Source: Patescibacteria group bacterium
Lineage (GTDB): Bacteria > Patescibacteriota > UBA1384 > XYA2-FULL-43-10 > 1-14-0-10-43-13
Length of the DNA: 64,000 nt
Direction: 5' to 3'
Assembly (NCBI GenBank): GCA_041671645.1
Contig: JBAZBD010000001.1
Coordinates: 173,365-237,364, forward strand
A program made the translations under genes and the position numbers. Shown here one piece after another: positions 20,474 through 30,855 of this stretch; positions within the stretch are counted from its first letter, which is position 1; the number at the start of each line of letters is the position of its first letter. Below the pieces are notes generated by a model. The model ran no database searches. It was given only the letters and a program-made list of their open reading frames with translations, and was not told the DNA's origin.

Positions 20474-21733
20474 CTAGGGCTGATGCATATTTTTGGCTCG
20501 ATTTACGACATTCGGCCAGTTCCAGATAGAATCAATATAAAGCATGTTCACAATTTCGGATTTAAGGTAATGTTTTTCTTCCAAAACGCCAATGCACTTG
20601 ATCCATTTGTCTAGCTGAATATTATACAAATTTTCAATATCCTGCATAAGTGTTTGATCGTCTGGGCTGCTCAAAGTGCGGCCTTCTACATTGTCATCAT
20701 TTATTCTAGAAACAGTATCACTGAAAGAATAAATAACGTCCCTGATTCCTTTTTTATCACTTTGAATGTCCATATAATCGTATAACTTTGAGTGCATTGT
20801 CTCTTTGATTTCAACCGAATTAGACATACCTTTAACGTAAGCTAATAGTTCATCCTTAATTCTGTTATCGATTCCGGACGAAATTAAATATTGATTCAAG
20901 ATCGATTTTTCTACCAGAAAAATCTGACTGTCCGCATCGAGATTTTCTATGACTTTATCGTTTTGATATAGCTTGTCTGTATTATAGACAGTAAACAGTT
21001 GATGAAATTTATGTTGTTCCTCATGATCTTCTGTCGGCTTGTAGTCATATCTTGACACCGTCACCACACCTCTAAGTCCGTATGACTCTTTATACGAGAA
21101 CCCTCCAGACATTGAGGCGTCTTCTTCGTCGCCATATAATTTATTAAAATCATTACTGTTGCTACAAATAATGTTGAAATTTGCAGGAAGAGTTTTGACC
21201 TTGATTTCTCCTTCTGGCATATGGCCAGATAATGCCTCAAACAATTCTTGATCGGTATATTTTTGTCTCTGCTCCTGAACCAATCGATGTTTATCGAGAT
21301 AGTTTCTGATACCTTGTTCAAAACTACTTTTTTGATAGTAATTTAGCCCAATCGCTTTACCTTGAGTATCAACAATTTGAGATAGTTCCTGAACCGATAT
21401 ATCAGGATTACTCTTTATGGTATCGAAAAGTGTGTTAACAATTTTGTTGATACCTTCCCTTTGAGCTCTGAGTTTGGCCTTATAATCTAAAAATTTATCA
21501 AAAAAAGCGACTTTAGCTTTTTCGTCAGAATAATCTACCGCATCTTTTTCTTCCTTCAACTTGAAGAGCTCCTTTCCAGGATCAAACTGGCCGTCAAAAA
21601 CAATAGCGTCAGCTGCCTGATTTAGGCCATTTTCAAGATCCTCTTTTGACTCTTCGCTAGCGGCTCGCCAATCTTCGGCGTTTTCCATGCCCCAGGCGTT
21701 AAATTCATCTTGTTGCATACCTCTCTCGTTCAT
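20474..21733 (-). CDS. Hypothetical protein (AT-rich; HEEQH motif, possible zincin-like)
   Basis: 419-aa ORF; HEEQH...DELLAY. Confidence 0.65.
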   Translation of the reverse strand: MNERGMQQDEFNAWGMENAEDWRAASEESKEDLENGLNQAADAIVFDGQFDPGKELFKLKEEKDAVDYSDEKAKVAFFDKFLDYKAKLRAQREGINKIVNTLFDTIKSNPDISVQELSQIVDTQGKAIGLNYYQKSSFEQGIRNYLDKHRLVQEQRQKYTDQELFEALSGHMPEGEIKVKTLPANFNIICSNSNDFNKLYGDEEDASMSGGFSYKESYGLRGVVTVSRYDYKPTEDHEEQHKFHQLFTVYNTDKLYQNDKVIENLDADSQIFLVEKSILNQYLISSGIDNRIKDELLAYVKGMSNSVEIKETMHSKLYDYMDIQSDKKGIRDVIYSFSDTVSRINDDNVEGRTLSSPDDQTLMQDIENLYNIQLDKWIKCIGVLEEKHYLKSEIVNMLYIDSIWNWPNVVNRAKNMHQP

Positions 21734-21884
21734 ATAGACCTCAAATATTTAGTTTCTATACTAAAAATACAGCGGTTGGAGCCGAAACTCAAGCGTCGCT
21801 TCAGCTTCTCTCTGTCGATGACGCCTCGAATTTTACAACCGAATATGTTTAGAGTTATAATTAATTTAAGTTAACGGAGGGCGA

Positions 21885-23300
21885 GTGAAAAAACAGGGCT
21901 CCGCGATTTTAATTGCAGTTTTATTGGTTACGGCGATCGGTTCGCTGGCTTTTTCGTTTGGCAGAATATTGCTTGCTGATATTACCGGTGCCAACATTTA
22001 TGAAAATGGGGCCGGTGCGTATTATTCGGCCGAGTCCGGCGTAGAGGAGGGAATGTTGCGTTATCGTTTTGCTCCCACGGCCACTGTGCCGGCAAGCAAC
22101 TGGAATCTTGGCGCCTCGGATTGGGTATATCGCTCAGATTTGGCTGCAAAGACGGCCGAGACTGGCCTAGATGTTGGGATCGATAGAAATACAGCGATCA
22201 CGGCAAACGCCAATCAAACTTATGATCTAAGACTTGGCTACATAGGCAGTGGCGCTACTCAGCCGTTTTGGGGCGAAGATTTAGATGCGAATGGGCTTGA
22301 TATTAGTGACTTAGCCAGCGACAAATATGGAGCGACCATTCCATCACTGAGAGTGCCGAAGGACGAGGTGCTGAAGATATCGCTTCCAGCGAAGTTCAAT
22401 CTTTCTGGCCCAAACGGAGCTTTGAATTTGCTTGTGGTGTTTGAAAATCCGACAGATCCAGCAGGAACAGTTGATAAGGATAAAGCTGTAATTGAAGTCA
22501 AGGCTATCGCAAAACGGCCGACTAATCTAAACAGAACTTATGAATACAAAAAAATGGTTGCTTTCTCCAGTCCTGATGCTATCTCAAATATTGGAGGGAG
22601 CGATGATGATTACATTCCTCGGAATACTCCCTGGGACAGTGTAAACGGAAAAAAGGGCTTGGCAATAAATAATCTTTTGGGGGGTCTTGGGGTTGCTTAT
22701 GACCCGCCAGTATCTGGAACCGGCGGCACCGAGATCGAGTTATCATTCCGTCCACTTTTTAATAATATTAGAATCGGCCTCTCCACCCAGGGTTGCCAAA
22801 ACTATATTGGGACTCCGCTTGCTGCTTGCGACGGTACAACCGCGACTGTCATGCCCGGACCGGTCGCTCGGATTATCTCTTCTGGCCATTATGCGGACGT
22901 GATCAAGACGCTCGAGGTCAACGTTGACCGCCAGTCCGGCACGTTATATGATCTCTATGATAACGTAGTTTACTCGGCGAACAATGGGACTACTTATAGT
23001 TTAACTTTTCAAAATAGCGGTGATTGTGTCGCCAAGATTACGATTGGTGCAAAGGATTACCTGATTCCTGCAAGCACCGGGTCAGGACCAGGCAGCGTGG
23101 CAGTCAGTTATGGCAAAAACTCTAATTTGAATATATCGTTGACAGGAGTCAACACGCCTACAAGTGTATGTCTCGCCGATTCGACAATCCATCCGATGCA
23201 AGATATTACAGATGGCTGGTCGAGCCCTACTCTGGTCGGCGGCACCTACTTGCTTGATAGAAATAGAACCATTAGCGCAAGTACTTACATTCCAAAATAA
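21885..23300 (+). CDS. PilX-like minor pilin / pilus assembly protein
   Basis: KKQG|SAILIAVLL prepilin-like N-terminus; AYYSAESGVEEG PilX motif. Confidence 0.8.
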   Translation: MKKQGSAILIAVLLVTAIGSLAFSFGRILLADITGANIYENGAGAYYSAESGVEEGMLRYRFAPTATVPASNWNLGASDWVYRSDLAAKTAETGLDVGIDRNTAITANANQTYDLRLGYIGSGATQPFWGEDLDANGLDISDLASDKYGATIPSLRVPKDEVLKISLPAKFNLSGPNGALNLLVVFENPTDPAGTVDKDKAVIEVKAIAKRPTNLNRTYEYKKMVAFSSPDAISNIGGSDDDYIPRNTPWDSVNGKKGLAINNLLGGLGVAYDPPVSGTGGTEIELSFRPLFNNIRIGLSTQGCQNYIGTPLAACDGTTATVMPGPVARIISSGHYADVIKTLEVNVDRQSGTLYDLYDNVVYSANNGTTYSLTFQNSGDCVAKITIGAKDYLIPASTGSGPGSVAVSYGKNSNLNISLTGVNTPTSVCLADSTIHPMQDITDGWSSPTLVGGTYLLDRNRTISASTYIPK

Positions 23301-23343
23301 ATTCAATGATCGCATAAAATTTTAATAATAAAGAGAGGAAAAT

Positions 23344-23739
23344 ATGGCAGAGTTAACAAAAGTTTTATTGGCCGATGATGACGCAATCTTGCACGAAATG
23401 TACGCTGAGAGGCTTCGGGCTGAGGGTTTCAACATTATTTCCGCCTACGACGGCGAGGAAGCGCTCGAGAAATTCAATGCCGAGAAGCCGGCTCTTCTCG
23501 TTCTCGATATTATGATGCCAAAAATGAATGGCATTGATGTCATGAAGAAAATCAGGGAGGGAGACATCAATCCAAACACCCCAATCATCCTTCTGACCGC
23601 GCTGGTCCAAGAGATCAACAAAATCAAAAAGATGATGAAAGAGGGCGATCAATATCTCATCAAAAGCGAGATCGTCCCAGCTAATCTGATCGAAGCAATC
23701 AAATCTACTCTCAAGAAAAGTTCAGCTAGCGCCGCCTAA
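23344..23739 (+). CDS. Stand-alone response regulator receiver protein
   Basis: VLLADDD, LDIMMPKMNG, IILLTA, YLIK. Confidence 0.92.
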   Translation: MAELTKVLLADDDAILHEMYAERLRAEGFNIISAYDGEEALEKFNAEKPALLVLDIMMPKMNGIDVMKKIREGDINPNTPIILLTALVQEINKIKKMMKEGDQYLIKSEIVPANLIEAIKSTLKKSSASAA

Positions 23740-25789
23740 GAGTCTTGTATAGTTCTTCCAGAGTTGTCTGGCCTCGAAGTACCTTGTCGAGGCCATCTTC
23801 TCGTATTGTCGAGAGCTCATTGTATCTGAGTACCTCGTCATAATCGTCTGGCTCACCAGAGAGAGTTTGTTTGACGATATTGTGATTGATTTTAACCACT
23901 TCATGTAGGGGGATCTGACCTTTAAATCCGGATTCTGCACAAGCGCTGCAACCGATAGGTAGCCAGATTTTCTGAGCAGTTTTACCTAGGGTTAATTCTT
24001 TTTCAATATAATTTTTGAGCTTGTCTTCTAATGGACGATCCATCTCTTTTTTGCATTTATCACAAATACGGCGGGAGAGTTTCTCAAAAATAACGAGTTT
24101 TAGCAATTCGGAAATCTTGGTCTCGCTGATGCCCCAATCGTAGAGTCTCTTGATCGTCTCTGCGACGGAGGAGCCGGCCATCGAGATGATCAGGAAATGG
24201 CCGCTGGCTGCCAACTCAAAGGCTTTCTGGACCGTTTCGCGGCTATCAGCCCCGGTGATACCGATAACATCAGGATCGAGTTTCTCGACCTGGCTCATGG
24301 CAGTTTCTCTGTCGGCTGGATTCGAAATGCTGGTTTGATTGATTCCCGGAAGGCGGAATTTGACCGGATTCTCAAGTGTCACAATGTTGATTCCTTCCGA
24401 ATAGACCTGATCGATCAGGGCGTAGAAAAGTGTGCTCTTGCCAGACTCGCTAGGTCCAGTGATCATAATAATACCGCTTCTATCGATGCATGCCTCTGTG
24501 ACCAGTTTGAAATTTTTGTCTGAAAATTCTAATTCCCCCAGGTTCTTGAGGGCGGTCAATTTGTTGGTCAGTTTCATTGTAATCTTGAGGCCATCGAGGA
24601 CAGGAAAAGTAGCGAGACTATATTCGTAGGTCTCGTTTTCGATGTTTATCTTGAGTTTGCCAGTTTGTGGCTTGGTCTGGTCATCGTCGAGGGAGGAAAT
24701 CAGAGAAAAAGCACGAACCAGGAGATTGCCCATCGCTTTGGGCAGGGAGGTCCGCTTCTGCAGAAGGCCGTCGATCCTGAATCGCATTGTAATCTCCTCT
24801 TTTGACGGATCAAAATGAATGTCGGTGGCATTGTCTCTGACCGATTTTTTGATCAGATTCAGTACTGTCCTGACGACTGGGGCAACCTTGCCTTCGTTGC
24901 TAAGAGAGCTAATAAATTCAGGAGTTGGCTCGACGGCAACGATCAGGTTGCCCTCTCTCAGCCTGGCATATTGAGCCAAGACATGTGCCATACCGGTTTC
25001 GTCGGCCAATTTGATCTCGACTGTGCGCCCAGTAACCTTCTCAAGCAAATGGATCACTTCGTCGTCACCAGCGTCCAACATCGCCACGACCAAGACATTG
25101 TCTTCGTCTTCAATAGCTACGACGCGGTGGTTTTTGGCAAATGACTCAGGGATGATAGCCAGGATGGAGGAAGGAATTGTGAAGTGGCTGAGGTCGACGA
25201 AAGGAATTTTGTTTTTCTTGTCCTTGTGGGAAATGGGTGCGACAAAATCAGCGTCATCTTTCTCCACTGGCTCAATTGTTTTGATCTTGATAACTTCGGC
25301 TTTCTCTCTTGGCGCTTCCTCGACTTTGACCTCTACTTCGGGCGCTTCAACCTTCTCGCCAATTATCTTGATCGGGATATCGACTTCTTCATCTTCGTTG
25401 GTCTTGATCTTTTCTGGGGGGATATCGATCTCTTCTCCCTTGGATTCAGATTTGTCGCCATGCATTTTCTTGAACGAGCCGTATGAAGTGCAATTTTCGA
25501 GATTCAAGCCTCTATTGACCGCTTCTTTGATGTTATCCGCTGGCATCCATTTGACCACGTCGGTAGGAAGCATAATCATCTTTTTGGCTGCGCCAAGCTT
25601 GGGGTGGAGGATAGTTTTGGAGGGGTAATGGACAGTGTAGAAACTTCCGAAATTGGAATAGATGACCTTCTCGCCTTTTTCCAATGTCTCAGAAACGGTG
25701 TCAGCAAAAGCAATCGCTAATTTCAGCGCCTTCTTGATGTTGAGGTTTGTTTTTTTGGCGATCTCTCTCGCCAAATCTTCCCGTGTCAT
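23726..25789 (-). CDS. HU/IHF-like domain fused to a degenerate PilB/GspE-type ATPase
   Basis: MTREDLAREIAKKT..GEKV..SNFGSF (HU); ATDIHFDP..FRIDG, GPSESGKST, C..C..C..C Zn motif (PilB). Confidence 0.85.
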   Translation of the reverse strand: MTREDLAREIAKKTNLNIKKALKLAIAFADTVSETLEKGEKVIYSNFGSFYTVHYPSKTILHPKLGAAKKMIMLPTDVVKWMPADNIKEAVNRGLNLENCTSYGSFKKMHGDKSESKGEEIDIPPEKIKTNEDEEVDIPIKIIGEKVEAPEVEVKVEEAPREKAEVIKIKTIEPVEKDDADFVAPISHKDKKNKIPFVDLSHFTIPSSILAIIPESFAKNHRVVAIEDEDNVLVVAMLDAGDDEVIHLLEKVTGRTVEIKLADETGMAHVLAQYARLREGNLIVAVEPTPEFISSLSNEGKVAPVVRTVLNLIKKSVRDNATDIHFDPSKEEITMRFRIDGLLQKRTSLPKAMGNLLVRAFSLISSLDDDQTKPQTGKLKINIENETYEYSLATFPVLDGLKITMKLTNKLTALKNLGELEFSDKNFKLVTEACIDRSGIIMITGPSESGKSTLFYALIDQVYSEGINIVTLENPVKFRLPGINQTSISNPADRETAMSQVEKLDPDVIGITGADSRETVQKAFELAASGHFLIISMAGSSVAETIKRLYDWGISETKISELLKLVIFEKLSRRICDKCKKEMDRPLEDKLKNYIEKELTLGKTAQKIWLPIGCSACAESGFKGQIPLHEVVKINHNIVKQTLSGEPDDYDEVLRYNELSTIREDGLDKVLRGQTTLEELYKTLRRR

Positions 25790-25950
25790 GTCTGCCCATC
25801 CTTTGAAAACATTATATCTTTTTCTGCCAGAAAAAGGCAAATAGATAGGGAAAAAAGGGGGAATTTGAGCGAGCGTCAAGCTTGATTACATTGCCTCAGA
25901 TTGACGTTGGCTCGCAAAAGCTGTACTTATTATTGCAGGGGGTTCCAGCT

Positions 25951-26535
25951 ATGCTCGAACAGATCTTAAGGTTTTCGACCATCACTACGATGGTGGCAGC
26001 TGGGATTGTCCAGCTTTGCTTTCTCTACTTTTATCATCGAGATAGCGTCCAAAGCGCTATAACTCTCAGGATAAATTTACGTGGTGCTCTTTGCGCCTCT
26101 CTCCTTCTGGTTACTGGATGGATTGTCTGGCCAGAAAATGTGCTTATAGATAAATCTGTGCTATGGCTTGGCTGTTTGACGATTATCGCCGGCATGAGTC
26201 TACGCCTTTGGGCGCAATTTACACTCAAGTCAATGTGGTCAGTAGGGACGAGAATACTGTCTGGCCATGTATTGACCGACCAAGGGCCATATCGATTTCT
26301 CCGTCATCCGATGTATGTCGGATACGGACTAGTAGGGATTGGGACGATCTTGCTCACGCAGAATATTTTGATACTCTGTGGTTGGTCTTTCTTCTTCATT
26401 TTGCTCTTCCAGAGAGCGCTTGAGGAAAGTACAGCCCTTTACCAGAAATTCGGCGAAAGTTTTCTGGGTTGGACTGGAGGGCGAATGATGCTCGGACCGC
26501 CAATCTGGCTGACTCTGTGGAAAATTAATCAGTAG
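25951..26535 (+). CDS. Isoprenylcysteine carboxyl methyltransferase (ICMT/Ste14) family membrane protein
   Basis: H.L...GPYRFLRHPMYVG; RALEE; several TM helices. Confidence 0.85.
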   Translation: MLEQILRFSTITTMVAAGIVQLCFLYFYHRDSVQSAITLRINLRGALCASLLLVTGWIVWPENVLIDKSVLWLGCLTIIAGMSLRLWAQFTLKSMWSVGTRILSGHVLTDQGPYRFLRHPMYVGYGLVGIGTILLTQNILILCGWSFFFILLFQRALEESTALYQKFGESFLGWTGGRMMLGPPIWLTLWKINQ

Positions 26536-26636
26536 CTTACTTAAAATTTATCAGGACGGCGCTCAAAAAGAGCCCGTCTATTTTATTTCTTAAAACAAAA
26601 AGTGTTTACAACTCTGTGGACTGCTTGGGGACAATT

Positions 26637-26667
26637 AAGTTGAAAGTTGAAAGTTAGAAGTTGAAAG
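26637..26667 (+). repeat. Intergenic heptamer repeat (AAGTTGA)x4
   Basis: AAGTTGA AAGTTGA AAGTTAG AAGTTGA AAG. Confidence 0.85.
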
Positions 26668-26760
26668 ACAAGGGTGGGAGGGAATAATTATGCAATAGTT
26701 CACGATGCAGTGGCATAAGGCTTATAATAAGACAGCTGACAAACTAGAAGTTCATTTTTT

Positions 26761-26842
26761 AATTTTTATTTCTTAATTGTTAATCAATTTTTAATTATAA
26801 ATTATTAATTAGACATTGATTAGAAATTAGTATTTAGAAATT
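26761..26842. repeat. AT-rich 7-bp periodic element (copy upstream of dnaX)
   Basis: 26761-26837 is identical to the reverse complement of 873-949. Confidence 0.9.
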
Positions 26843-26856
26843 CCCCGAAGGGGTCT

Positions 26857-28413
26857 ATGGCTTTTTACCAAAAATATCGGGCAAAGAAATTCGGCGAGAT
26901 GGTCGGCCAAGAACATGTTGTTGGCACTATTTTGGCGAGCATTGCGGGCGATCGCATGGTTCACGCCTATCTTTTGGCGGGGCCAAGAGGGATCGGTAAG
27001 ACTTCAGTTGCCCGTCTTTTGGCCAAGGCAGTTAACTGTGAGAAAGTGGCCAAAGATCGCAAAGAGGGCAAGACTGATGGCGAGCCATGTGGCAAATGTA
27101 GTGCTTGTATTGAGATCGGAAACGGCCAAGCGATTGATGTGATAGAGATCGACGCCGCCTCGCATACCGGTGTTGACGAAATACGCGATGTGATCGAGAA
27201 AGCTCGTCTTTCACCCGTCAGATTGGCCAAAAAGGTTTATATAATCGATGAAGTCCATATGCTCTCCAAGAGCGCCTTTAACGCACTTTTGAAAACTCTG
27301 GAAGAGCCACCAAGCCATGCCATATTTATCTTGGCTACTACTGAAATTCACAAAATACCGGCAACTATAATTTCTCGAGTTCAGAGATATGATTTTCGTC
27401 GTGCGACCAAGGAAGATTTGGTAAAAAATTTGAAGCGCGTTGCAGCTGCTGAAAAAATGGACGTTTCTGATGAAGCGATTGAGCTTATAGCTATCCTGTC
27501 TGCAGGCGGGCATCGTGATGCACTCGGCCTTCTCGAACAGCTTTCTTCGGCCAAAGGCAAGATCATTTTGGAGTCGGCAAGAGAAATCTTGGGAGTATCA
27601 AGTCAAAAGGAAATTTTTGATTTTCTGGGGGCGATTTTTAATAACAACCCGGAGGAGGGATTAAAAATCGCCCATACTGTTTATGATCAGGGGCTTGATC
27701 TGCTTGAGTTCAATCGTGGTGTGATCGACCGTCTGCGCAAGATTATGGTTTTGTCCGTCTCTGATTCAAGCCTCTCTGATGAGACTCAGGATAGTGCCGA
27801 ACAGCTCAAAGAAATTGCGAAGGGTCAGAAGATTGAAAGACTTCTGTCGCTGATTAACATTTTTGTCGAGGCAGGGATGATGCTCAAAGATGTCTCGTAT
27901 CCTCTCTTGCCAATCGAAATGGCGGTTGTCAAATCAGTTGAAAGTATAAAGTTGAAAGTTGAAAGTGCGAATAAAGAAGAAAAATTGATCATTAGTATTC
28001 CCGAACCAAAGAAACCTGAACCAAAAATACCAGACCAAGAGCAGACCAAACCAGAATTGTCTGTTCCCCCTGACTCCGTGCCTGTGCCCGTGCTAGAAAT
28101 GACCAAGGATCTCTGGATTCGGATTATAGATGAGACCAAGAAGGAGAATTCTACACTGGCCGCTCTGCTTCGAGATGCTCATCCAACAGAAGTTACCGCC
28201 GAGAAATTGATCTTGGGGGTCAAGTTCAAATTTCACAAGGACAAGATTTCTGAGACCAAAAACATGGCGGCTCTCGAGAAGATCGTCTGCGCCGTGACTG
28301 GCTCTCCATATAATGTTTCGTGTAGACTGGTAAGCGACAAGCCCAAGGCCACATCTACCGATCCGAACGAGATCGAAAAAGCAGTAGGCGAGATCTTCGA
28401 TCTCAGTTCATAA
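26857..28413 (+). CDS. dnaX: DNA polymerase III subunit gamma/tau
   Basis: GPRGIGKTS, EIDAASHTGVD, IIDEVHML, LLKTLEEPP, TIISR. Confidence 0.97.
   Translation: MAFYQKYRAKKFGEMVGQEHVVGTILASIAGDRMVHAYLLAGPRGIGKTSVARLLAKAVNCEKVAKDRKEGKTDGEPCGKCSACIEIGNGQAIDVIEIDAASHTGVDEIRDVIEKARLSPVRLAKKVYIIDEVHMLSKSAFNALLKTLEEPPSHAIFILATTEIHKIPATIISRVQRYDFRRATKEDLVKNLKRVAAAEKMDVSDEAIELIAILSAGGHRDALGLLEQLSSAKGKIILESAREILGVSSQKEIFDFLGAIFNNNPEEGLKIAHTVYDQGLDLLEFNRGVIDRLRKIMVLSVSDSSLSDETQDSAEQLKEIAKGQKIERLLSLINIFVEAGMMLKDVSYPLLPIEMAVVKSVESIKLKVESANKEEKLIISIPEPKKPEPKIPDQEQTKPELSVPPDSVPVPVLEMTKDLWIRIIDETKKENSTLAALLRDAHPTEVTAEKLILGVKFKFHKDKISETKNMAALEKIVCAVTGSPYNVSCRLVSDKPKATSTDPNEIEKAVGEIFDLSS
27936..27966 (+). repeat. 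Intragenic heptamer repeat (AGTTGAA)x4, degenerate, in dnaX
   Basis: AGTTGAA AGTATAA AGTTGAA AGTTGAA; encodes VESIKLKVES. Confidence 0.8.
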
Positions 28414-28495
28414 TTTCTAATTCTTAATTTTTATTCAAATATTAATTAATAATTAAAAATTGATTAAAAATTAGAAACTACCAATTAACAATTAC
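28411..28495. repeat. AT-rich 7-bp periodic element between dnaX and dnaB
   Basis: TAATTTC TAATTCT TAATTTT...; shares ATAATTAAAAATTGATTAA with the 861-957 copy. Confidence 0.8.
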
Positions 28496-28501
28496 TCGAA
28501 T

Positions 28502-29914
28502 ATGGCTCGCGAGCAAAACAATTCACAATCTAAAGACAAGACGTCTGGCAAGTCCGCATATTCTGGCATACGTGTGCCGCCCCAAAATATTGAGGCAGAG
28601 CGTAGCATTCTGGGGGCCGTCCTTTTGGACAAAGATGCGATTATCAAGGTGGCTGATTCTGTCTGGCCAGAAGACTTTTATGATTCTCGCAACGGTATAA
28701 TTTTTGAAGCGATGCTTAGGCTTTTCGAAAGTCGTATGCCGATTGATATCGTGACCCTCTCTGAAATGCTTGAAAAAGCGAGCCAGATCGAGACTGTCGG
28801 CGGATCGAGCTATCTAGCTGATATTGTCAACTCTACTCCGTCAGCCGCCAATGTGGTCCATTACAGCAAGATTGTGAAGGAAAAGGCGATATTGCGCCGC
28901 CTGGTCTCTGCTGGTACCGATATCACCGAGCTTGGTTTTGATGAAGAGGGAAACATTTCTGAGACACTTGATAAAGCCGAACAGAAACTCTTCTCTGTCT
29001 CTCAAAATTCTCTCAAAAACAAATTTATGCCGATCAAGGATGTCCTGACCGAGGCCTTCGACAGAATCGACAAAATTCACAAGGACAAGGATAAGGGAGC
29101 GCTTCGTGGAGTTTCTTCGGGTTTTCGTGATCTAGATGGTGTTACTGCTGGATTCAACAAATCTGATTTGATCATCCTAGCCGCTCGACCTGCTATGGGT
29201 AAAACTTCCTTTGCTCTGAATTTGGCCGAGAATGCGGCGATTGATGACAAGATACCGGTTGCAATATTTTCGCTCGAGATGAGCAAAGATCAGCTCGTGG
29301 ATCGTCTCCTCTCCTCTCAGGCTGGCGTAGACTCCTGGAAGCTCCGAACTGGTAATCTTTCCGACGACGATTTTCCAAAGATTGGCTATGCCATGGGCGT
29401 GCTTTCTGAGGCGCCGATATTCATAGACGATACTCCTAGCGCCAACGTGATGGAGATACGAGCCAAGGCTAGACGCCTTCAGATGGAGCACGGCTTGGGA
29501 CTGATCATCATCGACTATTTGCAGTTGATGCAGGGCCACTCCAGGAATTCTGATGGCAATCGTGTCCAGGAAATTTCAGAAATTTCCAGAGGTTTGAAGG
29601 GCTTGGCCCGTGAACTCGATATTCCAATCATCGCTCTCTCTCAGCTTTCTCGTGCGGTCGAACATCGTGATGACAAGAGACCACAGCTTTCTGACCTTCG
29701 TGAATCTGGCTCGATCGAGCAAGATGCTGATATCGTGATGTTTCTTTATCGTGAAGAGTATTATAATCAGGATACTGAGAAGAAAGGTATCACCGAAATA
29801 CTTATTCGCAAACATAGAAATGGTCCGACTGGTAATATCGAGCTTTTCTTCAACCCTTCACAAATGCGCTTCAATGATTTGGAGAGAAAACGAGTCTCGC
29901 AGGCGGAAGAATGA
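28502..29914 (+). CDS. dnaB: Replicative DNA helicase
   Basis: PPQNIEAE, AARPAMGKT, IDYLQL, SQLSR, DLRESGSIEQDAD, KHRNGPTG; no intein apparent. Confidence 0.98.
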   Translation: MAREQNNSQSKDKTSGKSAYSGIRVPPQNIEAERSILGAVLLDKDAIIKVADSVWPEDFYDSRNGIIFEAMLRLFESRMPIDIVTLSEMLEKASQIETVGGSSYLADIVNSTPSAANVVHYSKIVKEKAILRRLVSAGTDITELGFDEEGNISETLDKAEQKLFSVSQNSLKNKFMPIKDVLTEAFDRIDKIHKDKDKGALRGVSSGFRDLDGVTAGFNKSDLIILAARPAMGKTSFALNLAENAAIDDKIPVAIFSLEMSKDQLVDRLLSSQAGVDSWKLRTGNLSDDDFPKIGYAMGVLSEAPIFIDDTPSANVMEIRAKARRLQMEHGLGLIIIDYLQLMQGHSRNSDGNRVQEISEISRGLKGLARELDIPIIALSQLSRAVEHRDDKRPQLSDLRESGSIEQDADIVMFLYREEYYNQDTEKKGITEILIRKHRNGPTGNIELFFNPSQMRFNDLERKRVSQAEE

Positions 29915-29947
29915 CAAATTGCTACCGAATAAATCAAAAGGAGCCTT

Positions 29948-30841
29948 GTGGAAAATGAATTTCAATCCGACCCGATTACCAATTCTGATATCTCTGCAGA
30001 CGAACCGGTCAAGTCGGCTGTAAATTTTGGTTATAATATCGATAGTGTTATAAAGGCAAATCTTTATTATCTAACGCCTGGGACAGCTGCGGCAGACGAG
30101 AAAATCTCTGGTTTGAGGGAGGCATATTCGAAAAACCCTACAGAAGCTCGGAGGATTTTGAGTCAGGAATATGTGAACTGTCTGAATCGTGGCGCTTTAG
30201 GAACCGCGGTTCTAATTAGAGATGATATACTCGACGGCGTTCTCGAGGTAGAGCCACAGATTCTATCTGAAGCGGCGTTCAATTGCCTCAGGGATCTGCT
30301 CAATGACAGACATTTGGACGCTGAAGGCGTCAGAACAATTTTGACTGAGTTCTTAAATGGTGAAGAAAAAATCATTGCCGAAGGAATGATCAAGGAAGCA
30401 ATAATTAAAAAAATAAAAAATTGTAATTGGCTTCACGCGAAAAGTTACATTGAAAATTTTTTTCCTGAGTTTAAGTCTGATCCGAACTGCATACTGGCTG
30501 CCCAAGAAAATTTTGAGGCATTCTTAAAGTCATCCTACAGGCAAGAGGCAGAAAAATTTATAGATTATTTTAAGTTGCCGATTGAAACTTCAGTTATTGA
30601 TGATGAGTTAAAACGAGCAGTAATTACAGATCTTGATAAAGTGAAGGACTTTAAGATTAACCCTAACTATACCAATACCCATCCAGCTGTAGGAATCGTT
30701 CGGAAGATGGATCAAGGTCTACCCCATAGTCTGGAGGGCTACGTTCTGACAGACGGGTTGAATTCAATCGTCGACAAACATCAGCTGTCGACCTTAGATG
30801 AATTAGCGGCAAAGATTGCTGAGATCAATAAGCCAGAGTAA
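29948..30841 (+). CDS. Hypothetical protein
   Basis: 297-aa ORF, AAGGAG RBS, GTG start. Confidence 0.65.
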   Translation: MENEFQSDPITNSDISADEPVKSAVNFGYNIDSVIKANLYYLTPGTAAADEKISGLREAYSKNPTEARRILSQEYVNCLNRGALGTAVLIRDDILDGVLEVEPQILSEAAFNCLRDLLNDRHLDAEGVRTILTEFLNGEEKIIAEGMIKEAIIKKIKNCNWLHAKSYIENFFPEFKSDPNCILAAQENFEAFLKSSYRQEAEKFIDYFKLPIETSVIDDELKRAVITDLDKVKDFKINPNYTNTHPAVGIVRKMDQGLPHSLEGYVLTDGLNSIVDKHQLSTLDELAAKIAEINKPE

Positions 30842-30855
30842 TTAGAATCTAGAAT

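Noticed and set aside
17133-21733. Possible tRNA-anchored genomic island or prophage
   Set aside because: Orphan genes flank the tRNAs, but no integrase and no duplicated tRNA 3' end (att site) was seen
26676-26698. GGGAGG followed by ATG CAA TAG minigene
   Set aside because: Two codons only and no other support; likely chance
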